This document shows positions 21,185-30,835 of a stretch of 64,000 nt of DNA, in pieces; the stretch's first letter is position 1; every line of letters begins with the position of its first letter. The position numbers and the translations under genes were made by a program. The stretch comes from Bacteroidia bacterium (GTDB lineage Bacteria > Bacteroidota > Bacteroidia > NS11-12g > UBA9320). The stretch lies in contig JAGVMN010000006.1 in assembly GCA_020053795.1 (NCBI GenBank), positions 1,192 to 65,191 on the forward strand, written 5' to 3'. The notes under the pieces were generated by a model. It ran no database searches and had not been told where the DNA came from. It worked only from the letters and a program-made list of their open reading frames with translations.

Positions 21185-23515
21185 TTAAAAGGTGTAACTG
21201 GCCGACAAACTGGGAAGAATCGGCAATTGATTAACGCGTTGGTATTTTACCCTGTCAAAATAGAAGATATTTTCGCGATTATAGACATTTGTAACACTTG
21301 CAATAATTTCCATTTTTCTATTGATGTCGGATTTCTTATTCTTAAAGACAAACATTCTTCTTACTGAAAAATCGAGCCGGTGATAATATGGCAGTCGTCC
21401 GGTATTTAAATCGGCATAACTGATAGCCAAATCTCCGTTGGTCTTTGTATAATCTGTCGTTGATCCACTGGCAAAGTCGATATTTTCATAAAAACCTTGT
21501 GTCAGTGTAAATGGAAAACCACTTCCCAGATTCCAACGGCCATTGACCTCCCAAATCCGCTGTTTGTCAAGCGTTTTCCCAAATCCATAGGAAGCCACCA
21601 CATTGACATTGTGCCTACGGTCGAAATGCGGCTGGTATTTTCTTATTCCATCATTTCGTTCAACAATATTAAAGGAATACACGGTCCAGATATAGAGTTT
21701 TTTTCCTGAATACTTGTAGGTGACATCAAATCCTTTGGCCACACCTTTTTCTACGATGAAATCCTTTCTGAGATACATAGGCTTATCCTGATTGGCTTCG
21801 GTATCATCAAAAATCTTGTCGCGGTTAATATTGGTGAGTTGGGTGAAATCTTTGATATAAAATTCCAGATTCAACTCTGTTAAAGCATTGAGGTCATATT
21901 CTACACCCGCCACTGCATGTCTTGAGGTTTGCATTCTGTGGATAATGTTTTTGTTTCCAAGTTTCTCCGGCAGGTCATCGGGGCCAGAAAGAAATCCATA
22001 GAAAAGGTTTACCACATCACGATCAGAAATAGCCGATATCAAATTCTGAGAATAGAGACCAGACGCAGCCTTCAATCTGAGCCTTCGATTCATATTGTAT
22101 TTGACCCTCAAACGTGGCTCGGGGGATGTGTTGTTCAGTGAGGCGTAATGTTGAATGCGGAACCCCATTTCTAAAATTAATTTCTCTTTGACAATTTTTT
22201 TGTACCGGATAAAACCTGAAATATCTGTAGTGTTTTCGTATTGATCGATAAACCGGTCAGCAGAATTATATATCTGAAATTCGGTTTTGAAACCGTTGAG
22301 TTGTAAGCCGTATTTCAACTCATCCTTCGCCAAAAAGTAGGTAAAATTAAGCCCCAGATTAAAACCGTTGATCCCCGAACTTCTGGGTTTCAAATCCGGC
22401 TCGGTCTGGTTTATCTTGTAACTGCTATAGGCAAACATACCGTCAATTATGGTTTTGGTTCCATCCGGAACCAGCAGAAAGTTCGCACCAAAACCATTTG
22501 AGGCCCAATCGTAAGAAGTGGTTTTTGGGAAAGCCACCTTGTCTTTGAAACTAAATGCAAAAACATTGGCCCGGCTACCGGCAGCGGCGTTTATGGACAT
22601 TTTGCCATAAAAATCGCTGAACGAATAAGGCAATTTATCGGCACCGATATAATTGTAGAAGAGTTTTGAAGAGCGATCCAAATAGGAATTTTTATAAGAC
22701 ACAATATAGGAACTGCTTCCCTTACCTTCTTCAAACTTCTTCAAGGGGCCTTCGAGCAATAATTTAGATGTAAAAGGGTTCGTACTTATTTTGCCAGTCT
22801 TGTGTTTTTTATTTCCCTCTCGAGTTTTAACATCCACAATGGCAGAGATTCTTCCACCATACTCAGAGCCAAAACCGGCAGAATAAACATCGGCAGATTT
22901 TATTATGTCTGCATCGAAGACCGAGAAAAGCCCGATTGAATGAAAGGGATTATAAATGGTCATACCATCTAATAAAACCATATTCATAACTGGAGAACCA
23001 CCCCTGATATATAACTGACCACCCTGATCGCCTGAAAAAACAACACCGGGCAACACCTGCAGGTATTGCACCAAATCTGGTTCTCCTCCTACGGTTGGTA
23101 TTTGTCTCAACTGCTTTGGGGTAACACTAATTTCGCCAATTGTTACCTGTGATTGTTTCTTTCTTCGCTCAGCTGTTACTTTGACTTCATCAAAATCATA
23201 GGCATTTTCCTTTACAAAAAAGTCCTTTTTAGAAATTCTTCCTGATTTAATTTCTATTGTCGTAATCAGTGAATCAAAACCAATGCTGGAACAAATAACG
23301 GTGTATTTGCCCGGCTTTATTTTCGTAATCGAGTAAAAGCCATTTTCATCTGTTGCTGAACCCTGTTTGGTTTCCAGCAAAAAAACATTAAAAAAACCAA
23401 CAGGCACACCCGTACCTGAGTTATATATAAATCCTCTCAATTCACCTGATTGTGCATTTGATTTACCTATGATGGAAAGGAATAACAGTAATAATAAAGG
23501 AAGTCGCTTTGGCAT
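21185..23515 (-). CDS. TonB-dependent receptor with N-terminal carboxypeptidase-regulatory-like domain
   Basis: The start was moved to the internal Met giving the signal peptide MPKRLPLLLLLFLSIIGKSNAQ. A CarboxypepD_reg-like segment (GFIYNSGTGVPV...NGFYSITKIKPGKYTV) is followed by a plug (PDLVQYLQVLPGV) and a beta-barrel with a terminal aromatic residue (..SLSASYTF). Confidence 0.85.
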   Translation of the reverse strand: MPKRLPLLLLLFLSIIGKSNAQSGELRGFIYNSGTGVPVGFFNVFLLETKQGSATDENGFYSITKIKPGKYTVICSSIGFDSLITTIEIKSGRISKKDFFVKENAYDFDEVKVTAERRKKQSQVTIGEISVTPKQLRQIPTVGGEPDLVQYLQVLPGVVFSGDQGGQLYIRGGSPVMNMVLLDGMTIYNPFHSIGLFSVFDADIIKSADVYSAGFGSEYGGRISAIVDVKTREGNKKHKTGKISTNPFTSKLLLEGPLKKFEEGKGSSSYIVSYKNSYLDRSSKLFYNYIGADKLPYSFSDFYGKMSINAAAGSRANVFAFSFKDKVAFPKTTSYDWASNGFGANFLLVPDGTKTIIDGMFAYSSYKINQTEPDLKPRSSGINGFNLGLNFTYFLAKDELKYGLQLNGFKTEFQIYNSADRFIDQYENTTDISGFIRYKKIVKEKLILEMGFRIQHYASLNNTSPEPRLRVKYNMNRRLRLKAASGLYSQNLISAISDRDVVNLFYGFLSGPDDLPEKLGNKNIIHRMQTSRHAVAGVEYDLNALTELNLEFYIKDFTQLTNINRDKIFDDTEANQDKPMYLRKDFIVEKGVAKGFDVTYKYSGKKLYIWTVYSFNIVERNDGIRKYQPHFDRRHNVNVVASYGFGKTLDKQRIWEVNGRWNLGSGFPFTLTQGFYENIDFASGSTTDYTKTNGDLAISYADLNTGRLPYYHRLDFSVRRMFVFKNKKSDINRKMEIIASVTNVYNRENIFYFDRVKYQRVNQLPILPSLSASYTF

Positions 23516-23911
23516 TTTTTGTAAAGTGTGCAATGATACGTTTTTTTTAATTACCTCCAAATAACCGGAATCGAGACTTCTATGAAATTTTACCACGCCG
23601 TTAAGGAACGATTATTGGAAATTTAGCAATGGCATGAAGAATTTATACATATTCAGAAAAATACCACAACGCAGATACAATGCGTAGAGGTATTTTTGTG
23701 AATAGGCAGTTAATAAACTCAATGACACAAATCAATTGCCTCTAAACGAATACTGGACTGCTCCGGATAAAAAAAGCCTTATGGCATTTCTACTTTGTTG
23801 GAAAGTTACGACCGCTTTGAGGAAAAGGGTTTGCATTAAACCCTTAATACACCAATATTTTGTTTTTTTATTTCGAAGATTATGGCAAGATGGTAAAGAA
23901 CTTGTTACTTT

Positions 23912-24408
23912 TTATGCCGAATAATAAGACTGGGGATTTACCATAATAGAATCATCCATAATGCTTATCTCTATGGTGCAATTGCCCTGAACCGCATTGG
24001 TACCGAATTGAAATGGCAGGCCAAATTCACAAACCAGTTGGCTTTTCGAACCCAAAGTTGAAATGGAGGTAGAACTGCTGTTAATATTTGCTCTGTATTT
24101 AAAAATTTCACTGTCGTTATTGGTTATAAGTTCAAATTGGAAATTCAGGCTGTCGGAACCTAAATTACCCGGCAGGGTGATTTTTTTTTCGTAATGTATA
24201 AAACAAGCAGATCGTTTGATGCGACGGAATCTGCCTTATTGGTTTTCTGATTGACGAATGGAATGAATCCTAATGAATTGCCCCAATAGCCCAACATTAT
24301 TGATAACGAGGCCGATTGCGTCACAAATTCGTTGTCATTATCTTTACTCTTGCAGGAGAAAATGGTTACGAAGATCAAGGCAAAATAAAAGAAGGTTTTT
24401 GTTTTCAT
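23912..24408 (-). pseudogene. lipoprotein gene split into two open frames at an A9 homopolymer
   Basis: The 82-aa ORF (24160..24408; signal MKTKTFFYFALIFVTIFSCKS) ends 7 codons after AAAAAAAAA (plus-strand T9 at 24181-24189). I translated the -1 frame codon by codon. It stays open for about 89 further codons (KKKITLPGNLGSDSLNFQFELITNNDSEIFKYRANINSS...VNPQSYYSA) to a TAA at 23912-23914. Confidence 0.55.
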
Positions 24409-24995
24409 TGTTGTCCTTAATTTATACGTAGGGCGATAAGTACAGCTAAATTAGAAACACCGGAAATTAAACGGTCAGGTAGGAATTTATGTCACTACTA
24501 ACATAGTAGGTGACAGGCACCAAGATAAGAATTAATGAAATAGCCGGTTATGGATTAACATTTGAAAAACCGGATTTGTATCGAAACATTTAGGGTTTTT
24601 CATGCTGAGGCCTTGAAACGAGGCTTCCAAAATCACGCTGATGCCTTCTATTGTCACCCATACCCTGATGAGCCAACACTTATTATTTTTTTCATTCAAA
24701 CAAAATGGTCTGTCATTAAGTCTGAATGCAACATTGGTTTGACCGAAAGCGTAATAATTTATTCTTCTTTGGGCGAAGGTTTAGATTACAACTCTGTATA
24801 AGATATCTTGTCTCATGGTAATTTCTTTTGAAACAGGGCTGTCTGGCTGAAGTTACAACGAAATATTTACTCCTGAAATTTCATTATCCTTTGTCTGATT
24901 AATAGACCTGCCATGTTCTTTGGTCGAATGTTTAAAGCAGCACTAATTCCCAAACCTATTTTTGTCACAACAAGCACGGAAACAATAATCTAATT

Positions 24996-27830
24996 ATGAA
25001 AAAAATCTTCCTTTCATCGGCAAGTTTTGCCTTTGTTTTATTTGCAACCGCACAAGTCCCAACCCTTCAACTAATTGAGAAAGTAGAGCCACAAAAAGGA
25101 AAGTTGGTTATTCCATACGAGAAGTACAAATTGACCAGCAACGACCTTACCCTGATTATTCACGAGGATCACAGTGATCCGGTTGTTCACGTTCAGGTGG
25201 CCTATCATGTAGGTTCAGCCAGAGAATCCGTAAGAAATTCAGGATTTGCTCACTTCTTTGAACACATGATGTTTCAGGGTTCTAAAAATGTGGCTGACGA
25301 AGAACATTTTAAAATAATCAGTGAAGCAGGTGGAACTAACAATGCCTTCACATCCTTCGATAAAACAGTTTATATAAACACCGCTCCCAGCAACCTTACG
25401 GAAACTATGTTATGGTTAGAAGCTGACAGAATGGGTTTACATCTTGATGGATTTACGCAAAAGAAATTCGAAAATCAAAGAGACGCGGTAAAGAACGAGA
25501 AACGCCAGCGATACGACAATCAACCCTATGGAATGGTGAATGAGAATCTTTTTAAGAATGTATTTTTCAACCACCCTTATGAGTGGACACCAATAGGGTT
25601 TGTGGACGATTTGGATGCTGCCAGTTTTGAGGATTTAAGAAGTTTCTTTTTGCGTTGGTATGGACCCAATAATGCCACTCTTGTTATTTCCGGTGATGTC
25701 AATCCACAAGATATTAAGCAATGGGTGATTAAATACTTCAGCAGTCTGGAGAAATGCCCTGCTATTAAAAACCCTAAAGTGGAGGCTCCGTTTTTCCCAG
25801 CCGATGTTTATGTCCCAATGACTGATAATATTTGGTTGCCTTTGACCTTGATGTCTTACCCCACAGTAGCAGAATATCATAAAGACCGGGCAGCACTTGA
25901 TTTATTAGGAAGCATCATGGGTGGCAACAACAACTCATTGTTGTACAAGAAATTTGTGAAATCAGAAAAAGCTGTTCAGGTGTCAACAGACCATTCGTCT
26001 TTAGAACTTAGTGGATTGTTTTCGCTGAGTGTCGTGGCGAATTTCAATGGTCTGACCTTTTCTGAAATAGAAAAGATGATTCGCGAAGTTTTTGATGAAT
26101 TTGCAAAGAATGGCATCACCGACGCCGAATTGGATAAAGCAAAAAAGGGTTATACTTCTCAGGTGATGGACAATTTGACCTCTGTTTCTTCAAAAGCACT
26201 GTTATTGAGTCATTGGAATATGATGCTCAACAAACCTTACAACTTACAGGATGAGGTCGATGTTTATCAAAAAGTCACCAAAGAAGATGTCATGCGGGTT
26301 TTTGAAAAATATATCAGGTCTCAGAAAGCCGTTATTCTCAATGTGGCTCGCGAGGAACCAAAAGAAGGTGACGATGAAAAAAGTAAAAGTATCAACCCTC
26401 ACGCAAATGTGACAAAAATAACCAATGCATTCTATGCGTCTTTGAAATACACTCCACCGGTTGACGACTTTGACAGAAGCAAAAAACCTGCGATACCACC
26501 GGCCAGAGTGGTCAAATTTCCCGATTACTATACCCAATCTTTTGACAATGGGCTGAAGGTTATTGGAACAAAAACAACAGAAATTCCGAAGGTTTATCTC
26601 TATTTAAATATTGAGGGCGGCCACATGATAGAGTCCGATAAGAAAATAAAAATAGGAACTGCCTATCTGACGGCACAGATGCTTGAACAAGGAACAGCCA
26701 AACTCAGTTCCGAAGAATATTCTGATGCGTTAGACAAATTGGGTAGCAGCATTAATATCAATGCGGGGAATTTCAATACCACCATATTTGTTGAGTCACT
26801 AAAAGAAAACCTCGATCAGACTTTTGACATCCTCCAACAAGTTTTAATGACACCAAGGTTTGACGAGAAAGATTTTCAAAGGGTAAAAAAACAAAACCTT
26901 GAAAGTGTTCAGAATCAAAAGTCCAACCCGAACCTGACGGCCAACAAGGTCTTTAATAAGATATTTTATCAAGGTACTTTCATGGCTGATTATTATACCG
27001 GTGACTATAAATCGTTGAGCAAAATTTCTCTGGCAGAGTGTAAAGCTTTTCATGCGGCTTATTATTCCCCCAATTATACGACCCTTTCAATTGCCGGAGA
27101 TATAGACAAAGATGAAGTGTTGGCAAAACTTGGATTTCTGAAAACATGGGCAAAGAAAGATTTTGTGATGCCGGTTTTCCCGCCTTTGAAAATGCCTGAT
27201 AAAACGCAAATTTATTTAGTTGACAAGCCTTATGCGGCCCAATCCACTATTGTTGTAGGGCATCCATCTCTTAAGTATGATTATAATGGAGAATATTATA
27301 AAAACACCGTAATGAATTTTCCGCTTGGCGGAGCTTTTAACAGCAGAATAAATCTGAATTTGAGAGAAGACAAAGGATACACCTATGGGGCGAGATCATA
27401 CTTCACCGGAAACAAATACAACGGGGCATATATGTTTTCCGGTGATGTGAAAAAGGAAGCCACAGACAGCACGCTAACGGAATTGATGAAAGAAATCAGA
27501 AATTTCAAAAGTGGTGGGGTGAAAGCCGAAGAACTTACATTTACGAAGAACTCGATCCTTTTGAGTGAAGCATTGAATTACGAGACTCCATTTCAGAAAT
27601 TGTCATTGCTCAATAACATCCTTCAGTATAATTTGCCGAATGATTACACCAAGGAGCAACAACAAATTGTCGCATCGTTGACAGCTCAGGACATAAACAT
27701 GCTGGCCGGCAAGAATCTTCACCCCGACAAAATGATCATTGTGGTTGTCGGACACGGCTTCAAAATAAGGTCAGGTTTGGAAAAATTAGGTCTTGGAAAA
27801 ATAAAAGAGCTGGATTACGACGGAAACTAA
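24996..27830 (+). CDS. M16 (pitrilysin/insulinase) family zinc peptidase, double-length
   Basis: 944 aa with a signal peptide, the inverted zinc motif HFFEHMMFQGS, and a second inactive M16-like half. Confidence 0.9.
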   Translation: MKKIFLSSASFAFVLFATAQVPTLQLIEKVEPQKGKLVIPYEKYKLTSNDLTLIIHEDHSDPVVHVQVAYHVGSARESVRNSGFAHFFEHMMFQGSKNVADEEHFKIISEAGGTNNAFTSFDKTVYINTAPSNLTETMLWLEADRMGLHLDGFTQKKFENQRDAVKNEKRQRYDNQPYGMVNENLFKNVFFNHPYEWTPIGFVDDLDAASFEDLRSFFLRWYGPNNATLVISGDVNPQDIKQWVIKYFSSLEKCPAIKNPKVEAPFFPADVYVPMTDNIWLPLTLMSYPTVAEYHKDRAALDLLGSIMGGNNNSLLYKKFVKSEKAVQVSTDHSSLELSGLFSLSVVANFNGLTFSEIEKMIREVFDEFAKNGITDAELDKAKKGYTSQVMDNLTSVSSKALLLSHWNMMLNKPYNLQDEVDVYQKVTKEDVMRVFEKYIRSQKAVILNVAREEPKEGDDEKSKSINPHANVTKITNAFYASLKYTPPVDDFDRSKKPAIPPARVVKFPDYYTQSFDNGLKVIGTKTTEIPKVYLYLNIEGGHMIESDKKIKIGTAYLTAQMLEQGTAKLSSEEYSDALDKLGSSININAGNFNTTIFVESLKENLDQTFDILQQVLMTPRFDEKDFQRVKKQNLESVQNQKSNPNLTANKVFNKIFYQGTFMADYYTGDYKSLSKISLAECKAFHAAYYSPNYTTLSIAGDIDKDEVLAKLGFLKTWAKKDFVMPVFPPLKMPDKTQIYLVDKPYAAQSTIVVGHPSLKYDYNGEYYKNTVMNFPLGGAFNSRINLNLREDKGYTYGARSYFTGNKYNGAYMFSGDVKKEATDSTLTELMKEIRNFKSGGVKAEELTFTKNSILLSEALNYETPFQKLSLLNNILQYNLPNDYTKEQQQIVASLTAQDINMLAGKNLHPDKMIIVVVGHGFKIRSGLEKLGLGKIKELDYDGN

Positions 27831-27862
27831 GGCTTCGAATAATTTTAACTATAATATAAAGG

Positions 27863-27895
27863 GCGTTAAAATTCATTTTTAACGCTTTTTTTTTT
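27863..27895 (+). terminator. rho-independent terminator after the M16 peptidase gene
   Basis: The 9-bp stem GCGTTAAAA / TTTTAACGC (27863-27871 / 27877-27885) has a 5-nt loop and is followed by T10 (27886-27895). Confidence 0.75.
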
Positions 27896-28030
27896 CGCAG
27901 CAACTGTCTATTTGAAGTATAACTTTAAGCGTTATTCTTTTTGAATACGTTATTCATACAACAAGTTACATATTTCAACTATGAGCAAATGATCACAGAT
28001 CGAAATACGATTTTTCATTTTTGAACGATA

Positions 28031-28062
28031 TTTGATGTACTGTCAAATTTTATGTACGTTTG
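28031..28062 (+). promoter_or_regulatory. Bacteroidota-type promoter of rnpB (-33 TTTG, -7 TAcgTTTG)
   Basis: TTTG at 28031-34 and TACGTTTG at 28055-62 are separated by a 20-nt spacer. The -7 box ends 2-4 nt before the first base of the RNase P RNA P1 stem. Confidence 0.5.
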
Positions 28063-28063
28063 C

Positions 28064-28460
28064 AGGTGCAAATCGGTCTGCCGCTTCAACCCCGATAACT
28101 ATCGGGATGGAGAGGAAAGTCCGGGCAACGAAGGGCGGTACACTTCTGAAAAGGAAGGCGGTGGTCGGGCAACTGACTATCGACAGATAGTGTAACAGAA
28201 AATAACCACCTGACCTTGGTTAGGAAAGGGTGAAAACGTGAGGTAAGAGCTCACGCATGCCGGTGGTGACATCGGTGTGGTAAAAACCTTGTACGTTGAA
28301 AAACCAAATAAATTGCGGATCAGGCGGCTCGTCTGGTTTCCCTGCAAAGGGATACCGCAAAGGGTAGGTTGATGGAGTTGCCGGGCAACCGGCATCCCAG
28401 ATAAATGGCAGACGTTTCGCTCCGGCGGAAAACAGAACCCGGCTTACAGATTTGCACTTT
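28064..28460 (+). ncRNA. rnpB: RNase P RNA, bacterial type A
   Basis: Universal motifs are present: GAGGAAAGTCCGGGC, ACAGAAA, GGTAAGAGC, AGATAAATGGC and ACAGAACCCGGCTTA. The P1 stem pairs 5' GTGCAAATC (28066-) with 3' GATTTGCAC (-28457). The ends are approximate to a few nt. Confidence 0.92.
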
Positions 28461-28503
28461 TTTAATTGAAGTACCCCTAAATAAAGACAGGAAATAGAAA
28501 ATT

Positions 28504-29871
28504 ATGGCAAGAATACTGATTGTTGACGACGAGCAAAGTATCCGCGAGACTTTGAAAGAAATTCTTCTTTATGAGGGTTATGAAGTGGTGGAAGCGGCAG
28601 ATGGAAATGCCGCTTATGAATTGATCAATAAATTCAATTACGATGTGGTGCTTTGCGATATCAAAATGCCAAAAATGGATGGCATTGAATTGTTGGAAAA
28701 ATCAGCCGAAGTTGCACCTGATCTCCCTTTCATCATGATTTCAGGTCACGGGACTATAGAAACAGCCATAGAAGCAACCAAAAAAGGGGCTTATGACTTC
28801 ATCTCCAAACCGCCGGATTTGAATAAATTGCTCATCACTGTCCGGAATGCCATTGAGAAAAACAGTCTGGTGATTGAAACCAAAGTTCTCAAAAGAAAAA
28901 TAAGCAAGACCCGCGAAATCATTGGCGACTCGCCTACCATTGATAAAATTAAGGTTACGATTGAAAAGGTGGCCCCAACTGATGCCAGAGTTTTGATTAC
29001 CGGACAAAACGGAACGGGTAAAGAGTTGGTGGCCCGCTGGATTCACGAAAAAAGCCACAGAAGCGGATCGCCGTTGATAGAAGTCAACTGTGCGGCCATC
29101 CCGACTGAATTGATAGAGAGTGAATTGTTCGGTCACGAAAAAGGTTCTTTCACTTCGGCAGTCAAACAACGGATCGGGAAATTTGAACAGGCCAATGGTG
29201 GTACCTTGTTTTTGGATGAAATAGGAGATATGAGTCAAAGTGCTCAGGCTAAAGTTCTGAGAGCTTTGCAGGAAAATAAAATAACTCGAGTAGGTGGAGA
29301 GAAAGATATAGAAGTCAATGTTAGGGTGATTGCAGCCACCAACAAAGATATTTTAAAGGAAATAGAAGACGGAAACTTCAGGATGGACCTTTACCACAGG
29401 CTCAGCGTCATTTTGCTGCATGTTCCTACATTGAATGAAAGAGTGGACGACATTCCTTTATTGACTGAAAAGTTTTTGGCAGAGATATGCGAAGACTACG
29501 GCATCAATAAAAAATATATTACACCTGCAGCCATGGAAGAACTGAAGAAAATTCAATGGACGGGTAATATCAGAGAGTTGAGAAATGTATTGGAAAGATT
29601 GGTGATACTGAGCGGAGACAAAATCACCGAGGATGATGTTATTACCCTTGCCAATCCAAGCAGTAGCCGTTCTGGCTCGCTTGATTCGGTCAATCAATTC
29701 GAGAAATTTCAGGATTTTAAGGAATATGCCGAAAAAATTTTTATTGATGCCAAGTTGAAACAAAATGCATGGAATGTGGCTAAAACAGCACAGGAAATTG
29801 ATATCCAAAGAAGCCATCTCTACAATAAAATTGAGAAATACGGATTGAAGCGTTCGGATAAACGCAGATAA
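28504..29871 (+). CDS. sigma-54-dependent response regulator (NtrC/AtoC family)
   Basis: Receiver domain (ILIVDDE...DVVLCDIKMPKMDG), AAA+ domain with Walker A GQNGTGKE and the GAFTGA-variant GSFTSA, and a C-terminal Fis-type HTH. Confidence 0.9.
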   Translation: MARILIVDDEQSIRETLKEILLYEGYEVVEAADGNAAYELINKFNYDVVLCDIKMPKMDGIELLEKSAEVAPDLPFIMISGHGTIETAIEATKKGAYDFISKPPDLNKLLITVRNAIEKNSLVIETKVLKRKISKTREIIGDSPTIDKIKVTIEKVAPTDARVLITGQNGTGKELVARWIHEKSHRSGSPLIEVNCAAIPTELIESELFGHEKGSFTSAVKQRIGKFEQANGGTLFLDEIGDMSQSAQAKVLRALQENKITRVGGEKDIEVNVRVIAATNKDILKEIEDGNFRMDLYHRLSVILLHVPTLNERVDDIPLLTEKFLAEICEDYGINKKYITPAAMEELKKIQWTGNIRELRNVLERLVILSGDKITEDDVITLANPSSSRSGSLDSVNQFEKFQDFKEYAEKIFIDAKLKQNAWNVAKTAQEIDIQRSHLYNKIEKYGLKRSDKRR

Positions 29872-29872
29872 G

Positions 29873-30835
29873 ATGATTGGCACGAATTTGCGACACGCCG
29901 CTGACTTGCTCAAGTCGGGTAAACTGGTTGCAATCCCAACAGAAACCGTTTATGGTTTGGCAGCCAATGCTTTGAATGAGCAGGCAGTTGTCAACATTTT
30001 CAAAGTCAAAAACCGCCCTTTTTTTGATCCGCTTATTGTTCACCTGCATTCTATTGATCAAATGGACAAATATGCCACTGAAATACCCCAAATTGCATAT
30101 AAGTTAGCCGAGAAATTTTGGCCCGGACCTTTGACTTTGGTTCTTAACAAAAGAGAAAATATTCCTGACATCGTAACAGCCGGATTGGATAACATTGGGT
30201 TGAGAATGCCCGCACATCCGGTTTGCATTGCTTTGCTAAAAATGCTGCCTTTTCCACTGGCGGCCCCCAGTGCCAATCCCTTTGGTTATATAAGCCCGAC
30301 ATCAGCAAAACACGTAGAAGACCAGTTGGGCGAAAAAATTGACTATATATTGGATGGTGGCCATTGTGAAATAGGGCTTGAAAGCACCATTGTCGGGTTT
30401 GATGATTCTGGTAACCCCATTGTCCTGAGGCTGGGGGGTATCAGTATTGAGGCATTGGAATTGATGGTTGGGGAGGTGTCATTGAGAATCAATCAAAACT
30501 CCGATCCCAAAGCCCCCGGACAGTTAGATGCACATTACGCTCCAAATACCAAATTAATAATTTGCGATAATTTATATGCTGAAATTCCAAAACATCAAGG
30601 CAAAAATATTGGTGTCCTCAGCCTTTCGAAAGTTTACACCCCTCTTGTTTATTTAAGTGTGACTTTGAGCAAATCTGCCAATATGGATGAAGCTGCCCGA
30701 AATCTTTTCAAGTCACTGCGATTATTAGATCAGTTGAAGGCCGATGTGATTCTTGCCGAAAGGGTTCCGGAATACGGTTTAGGCAGGGCCATTAATGACC
30801 GGTTGAAAAGGGCTGCTACTCTGCGGTCAATTTAA
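29873..30835 (+). CDS. L-threonylcarbamoyladenylate synthase (Sua5/YwlC/TsaC family, long form)
   Basis: 320 aa with the YrdC-domain motifs PTETVYGLAANA, KNRP..DPLIVH and SANPFG, plus a C-terminal Sua5 domain. Confidence 0.85.
   Translation: MIGTNLRHAADLLKSGKLVAIPTETVYGLAANALNEQAVVNIFKVKNRPFFDPLIVHLHSIDQMDKYATEIPQIAYKLAEKFWPGPLTLVLNKRENIPDIVTAGLDNIGLRMPAHPVCIALLKMLPFPLAAPSANPFGYISPTSAKHVEDQLGEKIDYILDGGHCEIGLESTIVGFDDSGNPIVLRLGGISIEALELMVGEVSLRINQNSDPKAPGQLDAHYAPNTKLIICDNLYAEIPKHQGKNIGVLSLSKVYTPLVYLSVTLSKSANMDEAARNLFKSLRLLDQLKADVILAERVPEYGLGRAINDRLKRAATLRSI

Noticed and set aside
24562-24801. 79-aa ORF in the 590-nt gap upstream of the M16 peptidase
   Set aside because: It has a TTG start, no recognisable motif and odd composition. 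The gap more likely holds the divergent promoters; a TAtTTTTG -7-like box sits at 24957-24964.
28177-28395. 72-aa minus-strand ORF
   Set aside because: It lies entirely inside the RNase P RNA gene (rnpB), so it is an artefact of the structured GC-rich RNA sequence.
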